Assembly (NCBI GenBank): GCA_016618085.1
Contig: JABLTG010000158.1
Location: 1-44,453, forward strand
DNA from: Neovahlkampfia damariscottae
Lineage: Eukaryota
Direction of reading: 5' to 3'
Length of the DNA stretch: 44,453 nucleotides
In this document: positions 11,692-23,701 of the stretch, one piece after another
Layout of the letters: each line of letters starts with the position of its first letter
Position numbering within the stretch: the first letter of the stretch is position 1
Notes under the pieces: generated by a model
The model's database searches: none
What the model was told of the DNA's origin: nothing
What the model saw: only the letters and a program-made list of their open reading frames with translations
Program-made: the position numbers and the translations under genes

Positions 11692-14600
11692 ATGAGTCAA
11701 CGTTACACTTTTTCTGAAGGACCGTCAATTTTCGAGTCTTCAAACACTATCATTTTAAAAGTAGATACACCAAGTGATGCAAAACCACTTTTAGCAAAAG
11801 TTTCTGCAAAATCACCTCCAGATGAATTCACAATAGAATCTTTCAAAAGAGACTTTCAGTTCACTCAAACTCTTCACCAAAAATATCCAGATTGCTTCTT
11901 AAACATGCTTAAGCTTGTTGAAGAAGAAAATTCTATTTACATTATTGAAGAAGCAGATGGAGACGCCTTACAAGTCTATCTATCAAAAAAAGGTAGCTTA
12001 GGAATCAAAGAATTTTTAGAAAAGAGTATATTTATGTGTAGAGCTTTGTACAATCTTCATAGTTGTAATGTTATTCATCGTGATATCAAAACTGGTAATT
12101 TTGTACTGAGCGAAAAAAGCAAACAACCAAAACTCATTGACTTTGGAATTAGTACCTTTGTTTCAAAAAAACAACCTTCAGTAAACTGTACAATACCTAT
12201 TGGAACTTATTCATACATGAGGTAAAAATTTCATTTGACCCTTATCTTTTAGTCCAGAACAAACTGGCAGAATTAGACAAGCTGTGGATAGTAGAAGTGA
12301 TATTTATTCTTTAGGAGTCACTTTTTTTGAATTGCTTACTGGAAAGTTGCCTTTTTCAGGTGACAAATTAGAATTAGTTCATGCTCACATCACAAAAAAA
12401 ATGCCCGTCATACAAAAAGTTCCAAAAGCAATTAATGACATTTTACAAAAAATGACTTCAAAAAATGTTGAAGAAAGATATTCATCAGCAATTGGAGTTC
12501 AAAAAGATTTAGAGTTTTGTCTACAGAATATTGACAATTTACCTGAAGATTTTGTTGCAGGGAAATACGATTTGAAAAGATTTCAAATTCCAAATAAAAT
12601 ATATGGAAGACAAAAAGAAATTGATTTATTACAAAATATTGTAATTTCAGATACATCTGCAAAAATGTGCTTAATTTCTGGATATTCTGGGTGTGGAAAA
12701 TCAAAATTGATAGAAGAATGGTCAAAAGTATCAAAATCAAAAGTTTTGATCGTTCATGGGAAATTTGATCAATTTGATAAAACAACACCTTATTTTGGCT
12801 TTATTCAGTAAGAAAACTCTTTTTGTTTAAATATGAAAGAATTTTGAAAAATCTCATTTTGAAGGTATCTTTAGAAAAAAATGAAATATCACAAAAAATA
12901 ATTTCACAAATGAAAACAAAACTCAACAAAGATTCATCAGGTGGTGTTTTAAAAAAAATTGTTCCTGAAATTGAAATTCTCATTGGACCACAAAAAGAAA
13001 TAGAACAACTTGAAAAAATTGAAGATACACAAGAAAGATTATTCAATTCTTTCATGAGTTTTTTTAGTTGCTTTAACTTTGAATCAAAATTAATTTTAGC
13101 AATAGATGATTTGCAATGGTGTGACGCTGCTTCATTTTTATTGTTAAACAAAATTCTTCAATTAAAAAATGAAAACATTTTTATCATTGGGGCTTATAGA
13201 GATAATGAAGTTGATTCAAGTCATCCATTAATGATGTTATTTAAAGAATTTGAAAATATTCAAAAAATACATTTACAACCACTTGATTTGAAGAACTTAA
13301 ATGAAATGATCTCAGAAACTTTGGATTTATCTGAAGAAGAAACGATCAATTTAAGTAAATTAATACACAAAAAAACTGGTGGAAACCCTTTTTTTTCAAA
13401 AGAATTTATCATCACATTGTATGAAGAAGATTTGTTATTCATTGAAAATAATAAATGGAATTGGAATTTACAACAAGTTGAAACTAAAAAATTTAGTTCA
13501 AATATCATTGATTTTATGATAAAAAATTTGAAAAAAGGAAGTAATTCAATGCAAAAAGTACTGAAATATGCATCTTGCATCGGAAATACATTCACATTAA
13601 CAGAATTACTTACTGTTTGGAATGATGAAAATGATTTATTGGCAACACTTATTGAAGCTTCGTCAGAAGGTTGGATTTTACAAAACACATCAAATGAATT
13701 CAGATTTTTACATGATCGCTTACAACAAGCTTGTTATGAATTAATTGATGATAAAGAAAGACAAAGTATTCATCTTATCATTGGAAAATGTCTTTTAAAA
13801 GAATCAGAAGAAAATAAACAAGTCAAGGAAAAAATTCATCAAATCGTCAATCATTTGAACAATTCCAAAAGTTTTGAAAACACATCAAAGTTATCACAAT
13901 TAAATTTAATTGCTGCTGAAATCTGTTTAGAAAATAGTGCATATAAATCAGCTCTGGAATATACATCAAACTCACTTGCTCTTTTGGATGATGATTCTTG
14001 GGAAAATGATTATGATAATTGTTTTGCTACACATTCAATGCATGCTCGTGCGTGTTATGGAAATACTTTATTAGAAGAAGCTGATAAAGAATACAATTTA
14101 CTTTTAAAGAATGCAAAAAAGAAAACTCAAAAATTAACAGTTTATAATGAATTCATGAAAATGGCTTCTTTATCAGTTCAATTTGACAAAGCATTTTTAC
14201 TTTTGATGGAAACATTTCAAATGTTTGATTTGACCAAAGATTTCCCTAAGGATGACATGAATGAATGTTTTGAATATATCATGGATTTAAAAAAGAAAAC
14301 AGAGATAGAAGCTGAAAAAATTGGAGGTTTAAAAAACATTTTGAAATTATCAAGATGCCAGAACGAAGAAATCAAAATTTTTCAAAGTATTCTTGCAGAA
14401 TCATTGGACACTATTTTTGTCAGTCAAATTGCTCCACCATTAATGCCAATTGTTGGTCCTTTATTATCAATTTATTTGTTTTTAGCTTATGGATTGACAG
14501 ATAATGCTGCTGTTGGATTGTCAGTTGGTGCTTGGGGATTTGGTTTCTTCTTTAATGATTCAGATGCGTATCAATTATCCATTGCTGCTGAAAAATTATT

Positions 14601-17124
14601 CAATGATAATCAAAGTAATATCAATGTGGCCATTGTTCAATTTGCTCTTGGTTTAAATCAACAATATGGAGGTAATTTGAAACAGATGATATTTTATAAT
14701 GATGGAGGATGCAAATATGCCATTGCAAACAAAGAATATGTTTTTGGTGCCTACAATATGAATGTTTACTCAATGACTGTTGTTGTAAATGGTCAATATT
14801 TCCTAAAAGCTCTTCCGCAGCTTAAGAATTATCAAAATTGGTTGTTAAATGTAAAGAATTTCTTTGTTCATGATATGCTTGAAAATTATATCTGCTTTAT
14901 GAATGATCTTGGTGGAAATAAACCTTATGATCCACAATTTAAAATACCTGTCATTAGAGATTTAAAATTAACTCGTGCAATCATTAGAACTGTTCGAGGA
15001 ATGCTTCATTATTTGAACAATGAAGATAAAGATGCATTAGCAATGTTTGAAGAAGTTGAACCAATGGCTGATGATTTATCGGGTGTACCATTGTACTATT
15101 CAAGAATTTTATATCATTGTCTTTCTTTAATTCATGATTTCAAACAATCAAAAGATGAAAAGAAATGCCAAAAGATCATGGGATTCATTGAAAACTACAA
15201 AAAGTTTTCAAAACTGGGAGATTTCTTTTTTACACCAAGATTAGAGCTTTTGGAGAATTATTTCAATTCAGTTAACAATGTAGGCAATGAATATTCAATT
15301 TTATCAAATTATGAAAAGATTATTGATACTTGTCAAAAACGAGGTTTATTTTTGATATCCGCAATAGGTTTAGAATTGATGATTGATTATTCAATGGAAA
15401 AACAAATTCCAGAAGGTGTTTGTTTGTACTATTTCAATAATTTAATATTGTTATGGTCAACAATTGGAGGAAGAGGAAAAATGATCAAATTGAAAAGAAA
15501 ATATTATCAATTTGCTAGAAAATTATCTGGTTCTATAGCATCAATTGCAACAACCACAGCAAGCGCTTCTTTTCTTTCCAATGAGAGTTCAACTACCACT
15601 GCAACAGAAGATGATTCGTTGGATATGTTGAGTGTAATCAAAACCTCACAAGCTCTTTCAAGTGAAATTGAAACGTCAAACTTAATTATTAAAGTGATGA
15701 GCATTTTAATGGAAAATATGGGAGCAGAAAAAGGTATTTTAATTATGACTGGGAATACAGATTATATCAAAGCTAAAGCAGATGAGAACAATGTTGTTTT
15801 GATGAATGAGTTGGCATCAGAACGTACAGATTTGTATTGTTCAACTATATTTGATCTTGTAAAAGTGAGAAGGAAAAATTTGATCATTGATAATGCTGCA
15901 CAATCAGAATACTCAAAATCATCTTATATTTCAAAAGGAAACGTTAAATCATTGATCATTGCTCCAATTATTAAAGGGAACAAATTGATGGGTATTATTC
16001 AATTGGAGAATAATTCTATTGAAGGAGCATTCACAGATAATAGAAGAAATGTTCTTGTTCATATAACTTCTCAATTGGCTATTTCATATGAAAATGCAAA
16101 TTTCTATGAAAATATCAAAAGTTTGAATGATTCATATGAGAGATTTCTTCCAAAAGAATTTTTGAAACAACTAGGAACAGATGATGTGAGAAAAATAAAA
16201 AAAGGTGATTCAATTACAAAAGATATTTCTGTTCTATTTACTGATATAAGAAGTTTCACAAATATCACAGAAAAAATGAATTCTGAAGAGAGTTTCTCAT
16301 TTGTCAATGACATTTTGACATATCTTGCACCTGTCATTTCATCAAATAATGGATTTATTGATAAATTCTTTGGTGATTGTATAATGGCTTTATTTCCATA
16401 TTCCGTTGATGATAGTGTGAATTGTGGATTAGAATTATTGAATGCTTTAGAAAAATACAATATTGAAAAGAGATCAACTATGGAACCAGTCAGAATAGGA
16501 ATCGGAATTCATTATGGAAGTGTGATGATTGGCACAATTGGAGATAAAGACAGAATTGATGCAACTGTTATTTCAGATACAGTGAATACAGCTTCGAGAG
16601 TTGAAAGTTTAACAAAATCATTAAAATCAACATTCCTTGTGACAGAATCTGTCATAAAAAATGTTAAAGATTCTTCAATCTACAATCATAGATCTATTGG
16701 AAATTTCTTATTGAAAGGAAAAGATAAAGCAATTAAATTGTATAATATTACACCAAATTCTAATAATAATGACGAATTTACAAAAGGAATTGAATTTTTT
16801 GAAAAAAAACAATTCAAAAAAGCAAAAGAAATTTTCTCACAAATCAATGATCCTACTTGTGGGTATTTACAAAATGTATGTAATGTTTATGAAAATTATT
16901 CATTTCCAGATACTTGGAAAGGTGAAATTAAAATTGACAAAGATGGAGTGTTGATTCCATTGAGTCATAAAACATCATCACAAAAAATGATTGAAAATTT
17001 ATCTCCAGAAGAAGAATCAAAAATTTCAAAAAAAATTTTGGATTCAGGATATTTAAAAGAACTATTAGTTTCAATGTCTCATCAAAATCCTGAAAAATTA
17101 AAGGAAATACTTTCCAATTTGTAA
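11692..17124 (+). CDS. Multidomain Ser/Thr kinase - AAA/STAND ATPase - helical region - GAF - class III adenylate cyclase
   Basis: Kinase HRDIKTGN, DFG, YMS|PEQTGR, SDIYSLG; Walker A GYSGCGKS; LAIDDLQWCD; GGNPFF; FLHDRLQQACY; GAF KSLIIAPII..GIIQLEN; cyclase FTDIRSFT, IDKFFGDCIM, RIGIGIHYG, TVISDTVNTASRVE. Introns 12222-12252 and 12808-12839. Confidence 0.92.
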
Positions 17125-17138
17125 TTCATTAAAAAAAT

Positions 17139-17567
17139 TTATTCCATTTTTTTCAGTTTCTTTTTTTGTTCAATATCTGAGTCTGAATCAGAGTCACTGT
17201 CACTAGAATCAGATGAGATATCACTTGAATCTGTCGACAAAGAGCTGTCTGAATCAGAGTCTGAATCTGTATCCGAACCTTTTTCAGCTTTTCTTTTTAA
17301 ATTTTCTAATTCTTCCATTAATTTTTCTTTTTCTTCCAAAACTTTTTTGTGTCTAAACGTATCAATATCATGAGTAGAATATGTATTAATTATAGGAGGT
17401 GGAACAACTCTTTTCATTTTTTGTTGTTTTCCAATACTTTCAGTTCTTGATTGTCTTGTTGAATATACACGTGGATTTTTACATTGATATGACCAATGCC
17501 CAATTTCTAAACATTTTTGACACTGTTGACTTCCATCACCTTCAACGTTGATTTTGCTGTTGTTCAT
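17139..17567 (-). CDS. ZCCHC10-like zinc-knuckle protein with Ser/Asp-rich tail
   Basis: CQKCLEIGHWSYQC..R.Y..R.SRT motif followed by SD repeats. Confidence 0.8.
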   Translation of the reverse strand: MNNSKINVEGDGSQQCQKCLEIGHWSYQCKNPRVYSTRQSRTESIGKQQKMKRVVPPPIINTYSTHDIDTFRHKKVLEEKEKLMEELENLKRKAEKGSDTDSDSDSDSSLSTDSSDISSDSSDSDSDSDSDIEQKKKLKKME

Positions 17568-17621
17568 GGTTTGAAGCAAGTCGGAATTTTATTGGTCAAA
17601 AAAATCGGTTTGGAAGAAAAA

Positions 17622-19683
17622 ATGAACTATGAGGAGGTGATTCGAACGACAGGTTCAAGTTTTGAACAACAGAAGTAAATCATTAAAATAATAACTGATA
17701 TTGAATACAGAGCCGAGTTTGACTCTTTATTTAATAAAGAAGATGAATTCCGAAAGTTATACAGTTCTGCGTTGACAGGAAATCTTAAAAAATCAACAAT
17801 AAGAAGTTTATGTTGGAGAGTAAATTTATCAATTTTTTTAAAAAAAAAATATTCAGATTTTATTAGGAATATTTAAAAAAACTGATAGTTTTGTAGAAAG
17901 TATAAAAACATCAAGAGAAGATTATGAAACCTTATCAAAAGAACATATAATTGATCCAAGATCTATGGAAGGTGTTGATGTTAATGAATTCAATCCTTTG
18001 ATGCAGTCTGAATCAGTTTGAAAAAGAAAAAATTTAAATCTTATTTTAGAATCCTTGGACAAAGTACTTTGAAAATCAAGAATTAGAAAGAATAATTAAA
18101 CAAGATTTACTTCGTATTTATCCAGAACATCCATTTTTCAGTGAAGAAATACCACAAACAATCATGGCAAGAGTTTTGTTCGTTTGGTCAAAAGAAAACC
18201 CAAATCCATCATACAGACAAGGAATGCATGAATTACTAGGACCTATATTTCTTGTTCTTTGGAGAGATATTAAAGAAAATACAGAAAATGATGAACTCTC
18301 CATTATTTTAGATGAGAAATATTTAGAGCATGATTGTTACACTATTTTTGCACAATTAATGACTGGAATGAAAGAATTTTATCAAATTTTTGAAAATACA
18401 GTAAAAAAAAAAAAACTCAATTTTTTCAATGAAGAGCAACAGAAAGAACTTTCCAGTTTGAAAATAATTTTTTTTTTGACAATTTCTTTTGAAGGATTCC
18501 TTTATACAAAATACATGCTCTAGAATTCAAAATGTGATATTGAAAGATGCAGATCCAATGTTATCAGAATATTTGGATAAACATCAAATTGAACCTCAAA
18601 TTTATGGATTGTAAGAATTTAAATTTTTAATAATTTGATAGGAAATGGGTTCGATTACTTTTTGGAAGAGAATTTGAAATTGAAGATACTTTAATTCTAT
18701 GGGATGCAATCTTTGCAGAAAGTGGAGGTAATAATTTAAAGAAAAATGAAAAAATTGATTTAAAATTCATTGAATATATTGGTGCTGTGATGTTAATGCA
18801 TATTGGAAATGATAGTAACTTATTTGAAAATTGTAATTTTTTTTTAGTTTTGAGTGATGAATTCAATGAATGCGATACTTTAACAATTTTGATGAAATTT
18901 CCAAGGGATAAATCTGCAGAGTATTTTGTACAAAATGCATGTTTACTTAAAAAGAATAAGGTGATATCACTTAGAACATCTCATTTAGAAAAGAAATCAA
19001 GTGTTCAAACACTTCAAGTTCAAGAGAAAAATTCAAATAAACTTAGAGATTCAATTGATGGTGTTTTCAAAAAATCAACAAGTTTTGTTCAACAAAATAC
19101 AGAAAAAATAAATAAGAAAATTCAACAAGACACTGGAAATTTTAATAAAAAATTAAAAGAAAGTACAAATTCAATTGCTAAGGGAATTGGAATTTCAATT
19201 TCTCCAAGAAAAGATGTAAAATTACAACAATTACTCACACAACAACAACAAATTGGAACTGAAATGGAAAAGATAATTCAAGTTTTACAAAAAGAGTATT
19301 TACTACCACTGTAAGTAATTTTTTATAAAAAATTAAAATTTGAAAAAAAAAAGTGAAGAAAGAAATGGTGAAGATACAATGATGGCATTGGCTGAACTAA
19401 AACATGTAATTGAAGTCACTTTTTTTTTAACATATTTCAATGATAGATTAAAGATGTTTTGAAGTATCAAATACCATTAGAAAATTCATTTTTTCAATTT
19501 CAAACAAAACCTGAAGAAAAAGTTGATCCAAAGCAATCAAGAAATTCAAAAGATGAATCAAACAAACCAATGAAATCACAATTGTCAACAAAACCAATTA
19601 AAAAAAAAGCATCAAAAAAGAAAATAGAATTTGAAACAGATTATGATGTTCCTACAATAACAGGAAGTAATATTCAAGAATAA
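17622..19683 (+). CDS. TBC-domain Rab GTPase-activating protein (TBC1D5-like)
   Basis: IRSLCWR, IKQDLLRIYPE, SYRQGMHELLGPI, LEHDCY, IEPQIYGL|KWVRLLFGREF, LILWDAIFA. Many introns. Confidence 0.88.
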
Positions 19684-19776
19684 AAATTTTTGTGAGTAAA
19701 ATAAATAAAATTGACCAATGAAATAGAACATCCAATAAAAAATAACCAAACTTAAAAAAATCAAAGGTGAGTTTGG

Positions 19777-21325
19777 ATGTTTTCAAAAGGTTTTCTGAAC
19801 AATGGAAAACAGGAAAATGAACAAAAAACAAAACAAATGCCAAGAACAGTTTTTGAAAATGTGGATGTTTTATCGGATAGCGAAGATGAATCTTCAAACG
19901 AAATGGTTTCAGAAATGCCTCCACTAGTTGAAGAACTAGAAGTCGTAAAAATTAGAGAAGAGTTAAAAGTTAAAAAGAAACAGCCACAACAAAAAGTCAA
20001 GAAATTAAAAAAAAAACCGGAAGACAAGAAACAAAATTCAAAGAAGAAAAAAATAGTTGAAGACGATGAACCACCACCATTGATAAATTCAGATGATGAT
20101 GAATTACCACCACCATTAGTTAAATCAGATGAAGAAGATGATGATGTTCCTCCTTTAGTCAAATCTGACGAAGAGGATGATCTTCCACCTCCTTTAGTAA
20201 AATCAGATGAAGAAGATGATGATTTACCTCCACCACTTGTTAAATCAGATGAAGAAGATTATGATTTACCGCCTCCTTTAGTAAAATCAGACGAAGAAGA
20301 TGAGGAAGATGATTTACCTCCACCTCTCATTAAATCAGACGAAGAAGAAGATGATGTTCCTCCACTTGTTAAATCAGACGAAGAAGAAGACGATTTACCA
20401 CCCCCATTAGTAAAATCAGATGAAGAAGATGATGATTTACCTCCACCACTTGTTAAATCGGATGAAGAAGAAGAAGAAGATGATATTCCTCCACTTATTA
20501 AATCAGATGAAGAGGATGATGATTTACCTCCTCCATTAGTAAAATCAGATGATGAAGGGCCACCACCGCTTATTAAATCAGATGATGAAGATGGACCTCC
20601 TCCATTAGTGAAATCAGATGATGAAGAAGATGATGAAGGACCACCACCACTTATTAAATCAGATGATGAAGAAGATGATGATGATTTACCTCCTCCATTA
20701 GTAAAATCAGATGATGAAGGACCACCACCGCTTATCAAATCAGATGATGAAGATGATCTTCCTCCATTAGTGAAATCAGATGAAGAATCAGACGATGAAG
20801 GACCACCTCTCCACAGATCAGCTGGTGAAGAATCAGATGATGATGATTTACCACCATTAGTCACTTCAGAAGATGAAGATGAAGATTATTATGATGAAGA
20901 TGATTATTATGATGATGAATATGAAACTGATGACGAAGACGAAGATGAAGATATTCATTATGGTCCTCATGGAGCTGTAAGTTTAAAAAAAAAAATTAAA
21001 AAAACAACTTTTTCAGGGTTGTACTTGTGATATTGATGATGACTTTGATGAAGATGAGGAGGATGAAGAAGATGAAGAGGAAGGTTTTCATTTTAACTCA
21101 ACAACAAATCAACCAAGGAGAACTGATAGAATTGGTTTTGTTGATAATATGTCAAATTCACAAATTGAAACCACACTTCATGATAGAATGGACGCAAACC
21201 GTAATATTCATTTCACAGATCCAGAACCAGAAAGAAAAAAAAGAAAACTTAATCATTTATCCAAACACAGAAATTGTTATGGATTATTATATTTTGTTAC
21301 AAATGTTTTGAAAGAATTTAAATAA
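19777..21325 (+). CDS. Intrinsically disordered acidic protein with ~20 PPPL(V/I)KSD(D/E)n repeats
   Basis: ORF 19777-21030 plus intron ~20977-21017; last exon GCTCDIDDD...ERKKRKLNH...KEFK* with stop at 21323-21325. Confidence 0.75.
20068..20870 (+). repeat. Coding tandem repeat, ~20 units of mostly 33-48 nt (core cctccattagtaaaatcagatgaagaa)
   Basis: Directly visible; unit length varies through GAT/GAA triplet number. Confidence 0.95.
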
Positions 21326-22823
21326 ATTTTAATGAATTATGAATTGATTTTGCTAGTTCAATATCTTTTTTTGAATTAACATCAATATCTTCTTCGTCAT
21401 CATCTCTAAACGTAACAGCAATTGTTGATTTGATATTCAAGCATAAATCTTCTTTTCCGGAAATTGGGAATAAATTTGAAATGATGTGGATTTTAAAATC
21501 ACCTAATTCATCTGATAAATCACATTCAACCAATCCTGTTTTTTCATCATCTGATATATTTAAAACATTTGCAAAACTACCTTTTAATTTTGTTTAATTT
21601 TTTACCTTTCATTTAAATTATGTTTTGTGAATTGAATTAATTCTTTTGATCTTTCTTTTTTATTTTTTGAATGATTTGGAACTTTAATTGTTGAAATTGT
21701 TGTTTCAATATTTTTTGAATTAACAAGTAAAAAATCATTTGACCATAATAATTCTGAATATTTAAAATAACTTGGAAATTCAAAATTAAAATTAAATTTT
21801 TCGTTTTTATAAACAAATGAATCATTTTTAATTAAATCATTAAATTCAAAACTATTAAAACAATCCAATAAAAAGTTTGTTCTATTTTCATCTTGATGAC
21901 GAAAAGATAAAATAAAATTATTTTTAAATGAAATTTCAGAAATAAACCCAGCATCTTTTTTTATTGTTTCTAAAACACCTTCATGTTTTAAATTACCTTT
22001 TTTGGAATGATTAATTTTTTTTAATTCCAATTTTTCGTTTTCTGATTTAAATGAAAATAAAACATTCTTTTCTTTTAATTCTTCATCCTTTTCAAAATTT
22101 AAATCACAAATTGAAATTTGAAATCCATTTGTACTTTTAAAAACAAATTTATCATTCTTAAATTTTGGGTATAACTCTTCAATAGAATTTAATAAATCTT
22201 TCAAATTTTCATCATTTGGATTAAATGGAGATAATTGAAAAATAAAACATTTTTCTTTTGATTTCAACATGATACATCCTTCTTTGTTTCCTCCTTTAAT
22301 TTCATATTCAATTTGAACTGATTCAAAATTTTTATGTTTTTTCATTGTTTTTGTTAAATTTGAAATTGGATTTGATTCTTCTAATGAACTACATGAATGT
22401 GAAATATATTCTTCAAATCCTGATTTTAACTCTTCAACAATAATTTTGATATCCGTTTTATCTTCAAAGTTAAAAAACATTTTTTTTTTTACTATTTTTT
22501 GTTGGATCAAAGATATGAATGAAATCTCCTTTTGAATCTGTGAAACATTAACATTGTTCATTTGGAGTTTTACCTTCAATTTTGAATTTATTTGAGATTT
22601 TGAACTTTACTAATAAATTTTCATTTTCATATTCTTGAAGAACTTTTTCTTCTTTTTCTTCTTTTTCTTCTTCAACTTTTTCAACTTGTTTTTTTTCAAC
22701 TGGTTTTTCTTCCTTTTTATTTGAAGAAGAAGTGGTGTAATAAACAATACCAAGTAATGAGGCAAGAGCAACACCACCAGCTACAATATAATAAGTTTTA
22801 CTGTTATCATCAGAATCAGACAT
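21318..22823 (-). CDS. Hypothetical protein with N-terminal transmembrane anchor
   Basis: YYIVAGGVALASLLGIVYY followed by a K/E-rich linker. ORFs 22548-22823, 21602-22579 and 21318-21533 are joinable by short GT-AG introns. Confidence 0.65.
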
Positions 22824-22914
22824 TTCTCTTTGTGAAAAAAAAAAGAAAACGCACTAAAAAAATAAACCAATAAAATGTTTGTTCGGAAAAAATAAATCCT
22901 TTTTTATTTTTCAA

Positions 22915-23601
22915 TTAATAGTATTGTCCTTTCATATAATTTTTAGCTGTTTTAATGAATTTAGATTTATCATTATCATAAACTTTCGCTGCATCTAAAT
23001 CTAAAGGATCTATAAAAAAATAAAAAAAAAAAAAAAAATTTCGTCTTTACCATCTGTGTTTGGTTCAAGGAAAAGAAAATGTAACCCTGTAAAGATAGCA
23101 TTAAGTGTTAAAACTGGTTTCCAATCTTCACGAAGAATGTTCAAACAAATTTTTCCGTCTTTATCTATATTCTAAAAAATTTAAAAAAAAAAAGTCTTTT
23201 GGTTACTGGATGGTAGATTTTTGTTACGCAAAGTACTTTTGGTGCTTTCATTGGATAATCTGTTGTAATATCGAATGTAAAATCATGAGGGTGTCCTTTC
23301 CAAATACCTTTAAAGTTTTTTAGTTTTATTTTTTTCAAACCGTCATCAGGGACAACTGTTAAAGTGAATTTCAAAATATTATTTGGGTCTGGATATTTCA
23401 TAGCATCACTCCATCTTTTATCAATATCAGGTAAATCTTTTTGAACACTTTTTTTGGTTGTTAATTTTTTTCTTTTAATTACCGTAATTCCGCAGCTGTG
23501 ATTTTTTTTACTTTTTTATTTCCTCCTTTTAAAGAAGTTACACTTTTTGTTGCTTTTTCTTTTTCTTCTTCTTTTTTTTTTTGTTGTTGAAATCCAATCA
23601 T
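22915..23601 (-). CDS. UBC12: NEDD8-conjugating enzyme Ubc12-like E2
   Basis: [59 protein letters not shown]. Four introns. Confidence 0.88.
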
Positions 23602-23701
23602 TGTTTCTCTGGTTTGGTGAAAACTTTTTTGTGGTGATTTATTTTTGGAACAAAATTGACCAATTGATTTTGATTTTGTTGTGATTGGACGATTTTTTCA
23701 A

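Noticed and set aside
20259..20864. Long Ser/Gly-rich minus-strand ORFs (also 19761-20162)
   Set aside because: Antisense shadow of the acidic repeat gene.
20068..20870. Repeat array as a CRISPR-like locus
   Set aside because: In-frame coding repeat without unique spacers or cas genes, in a eukaryotic context.
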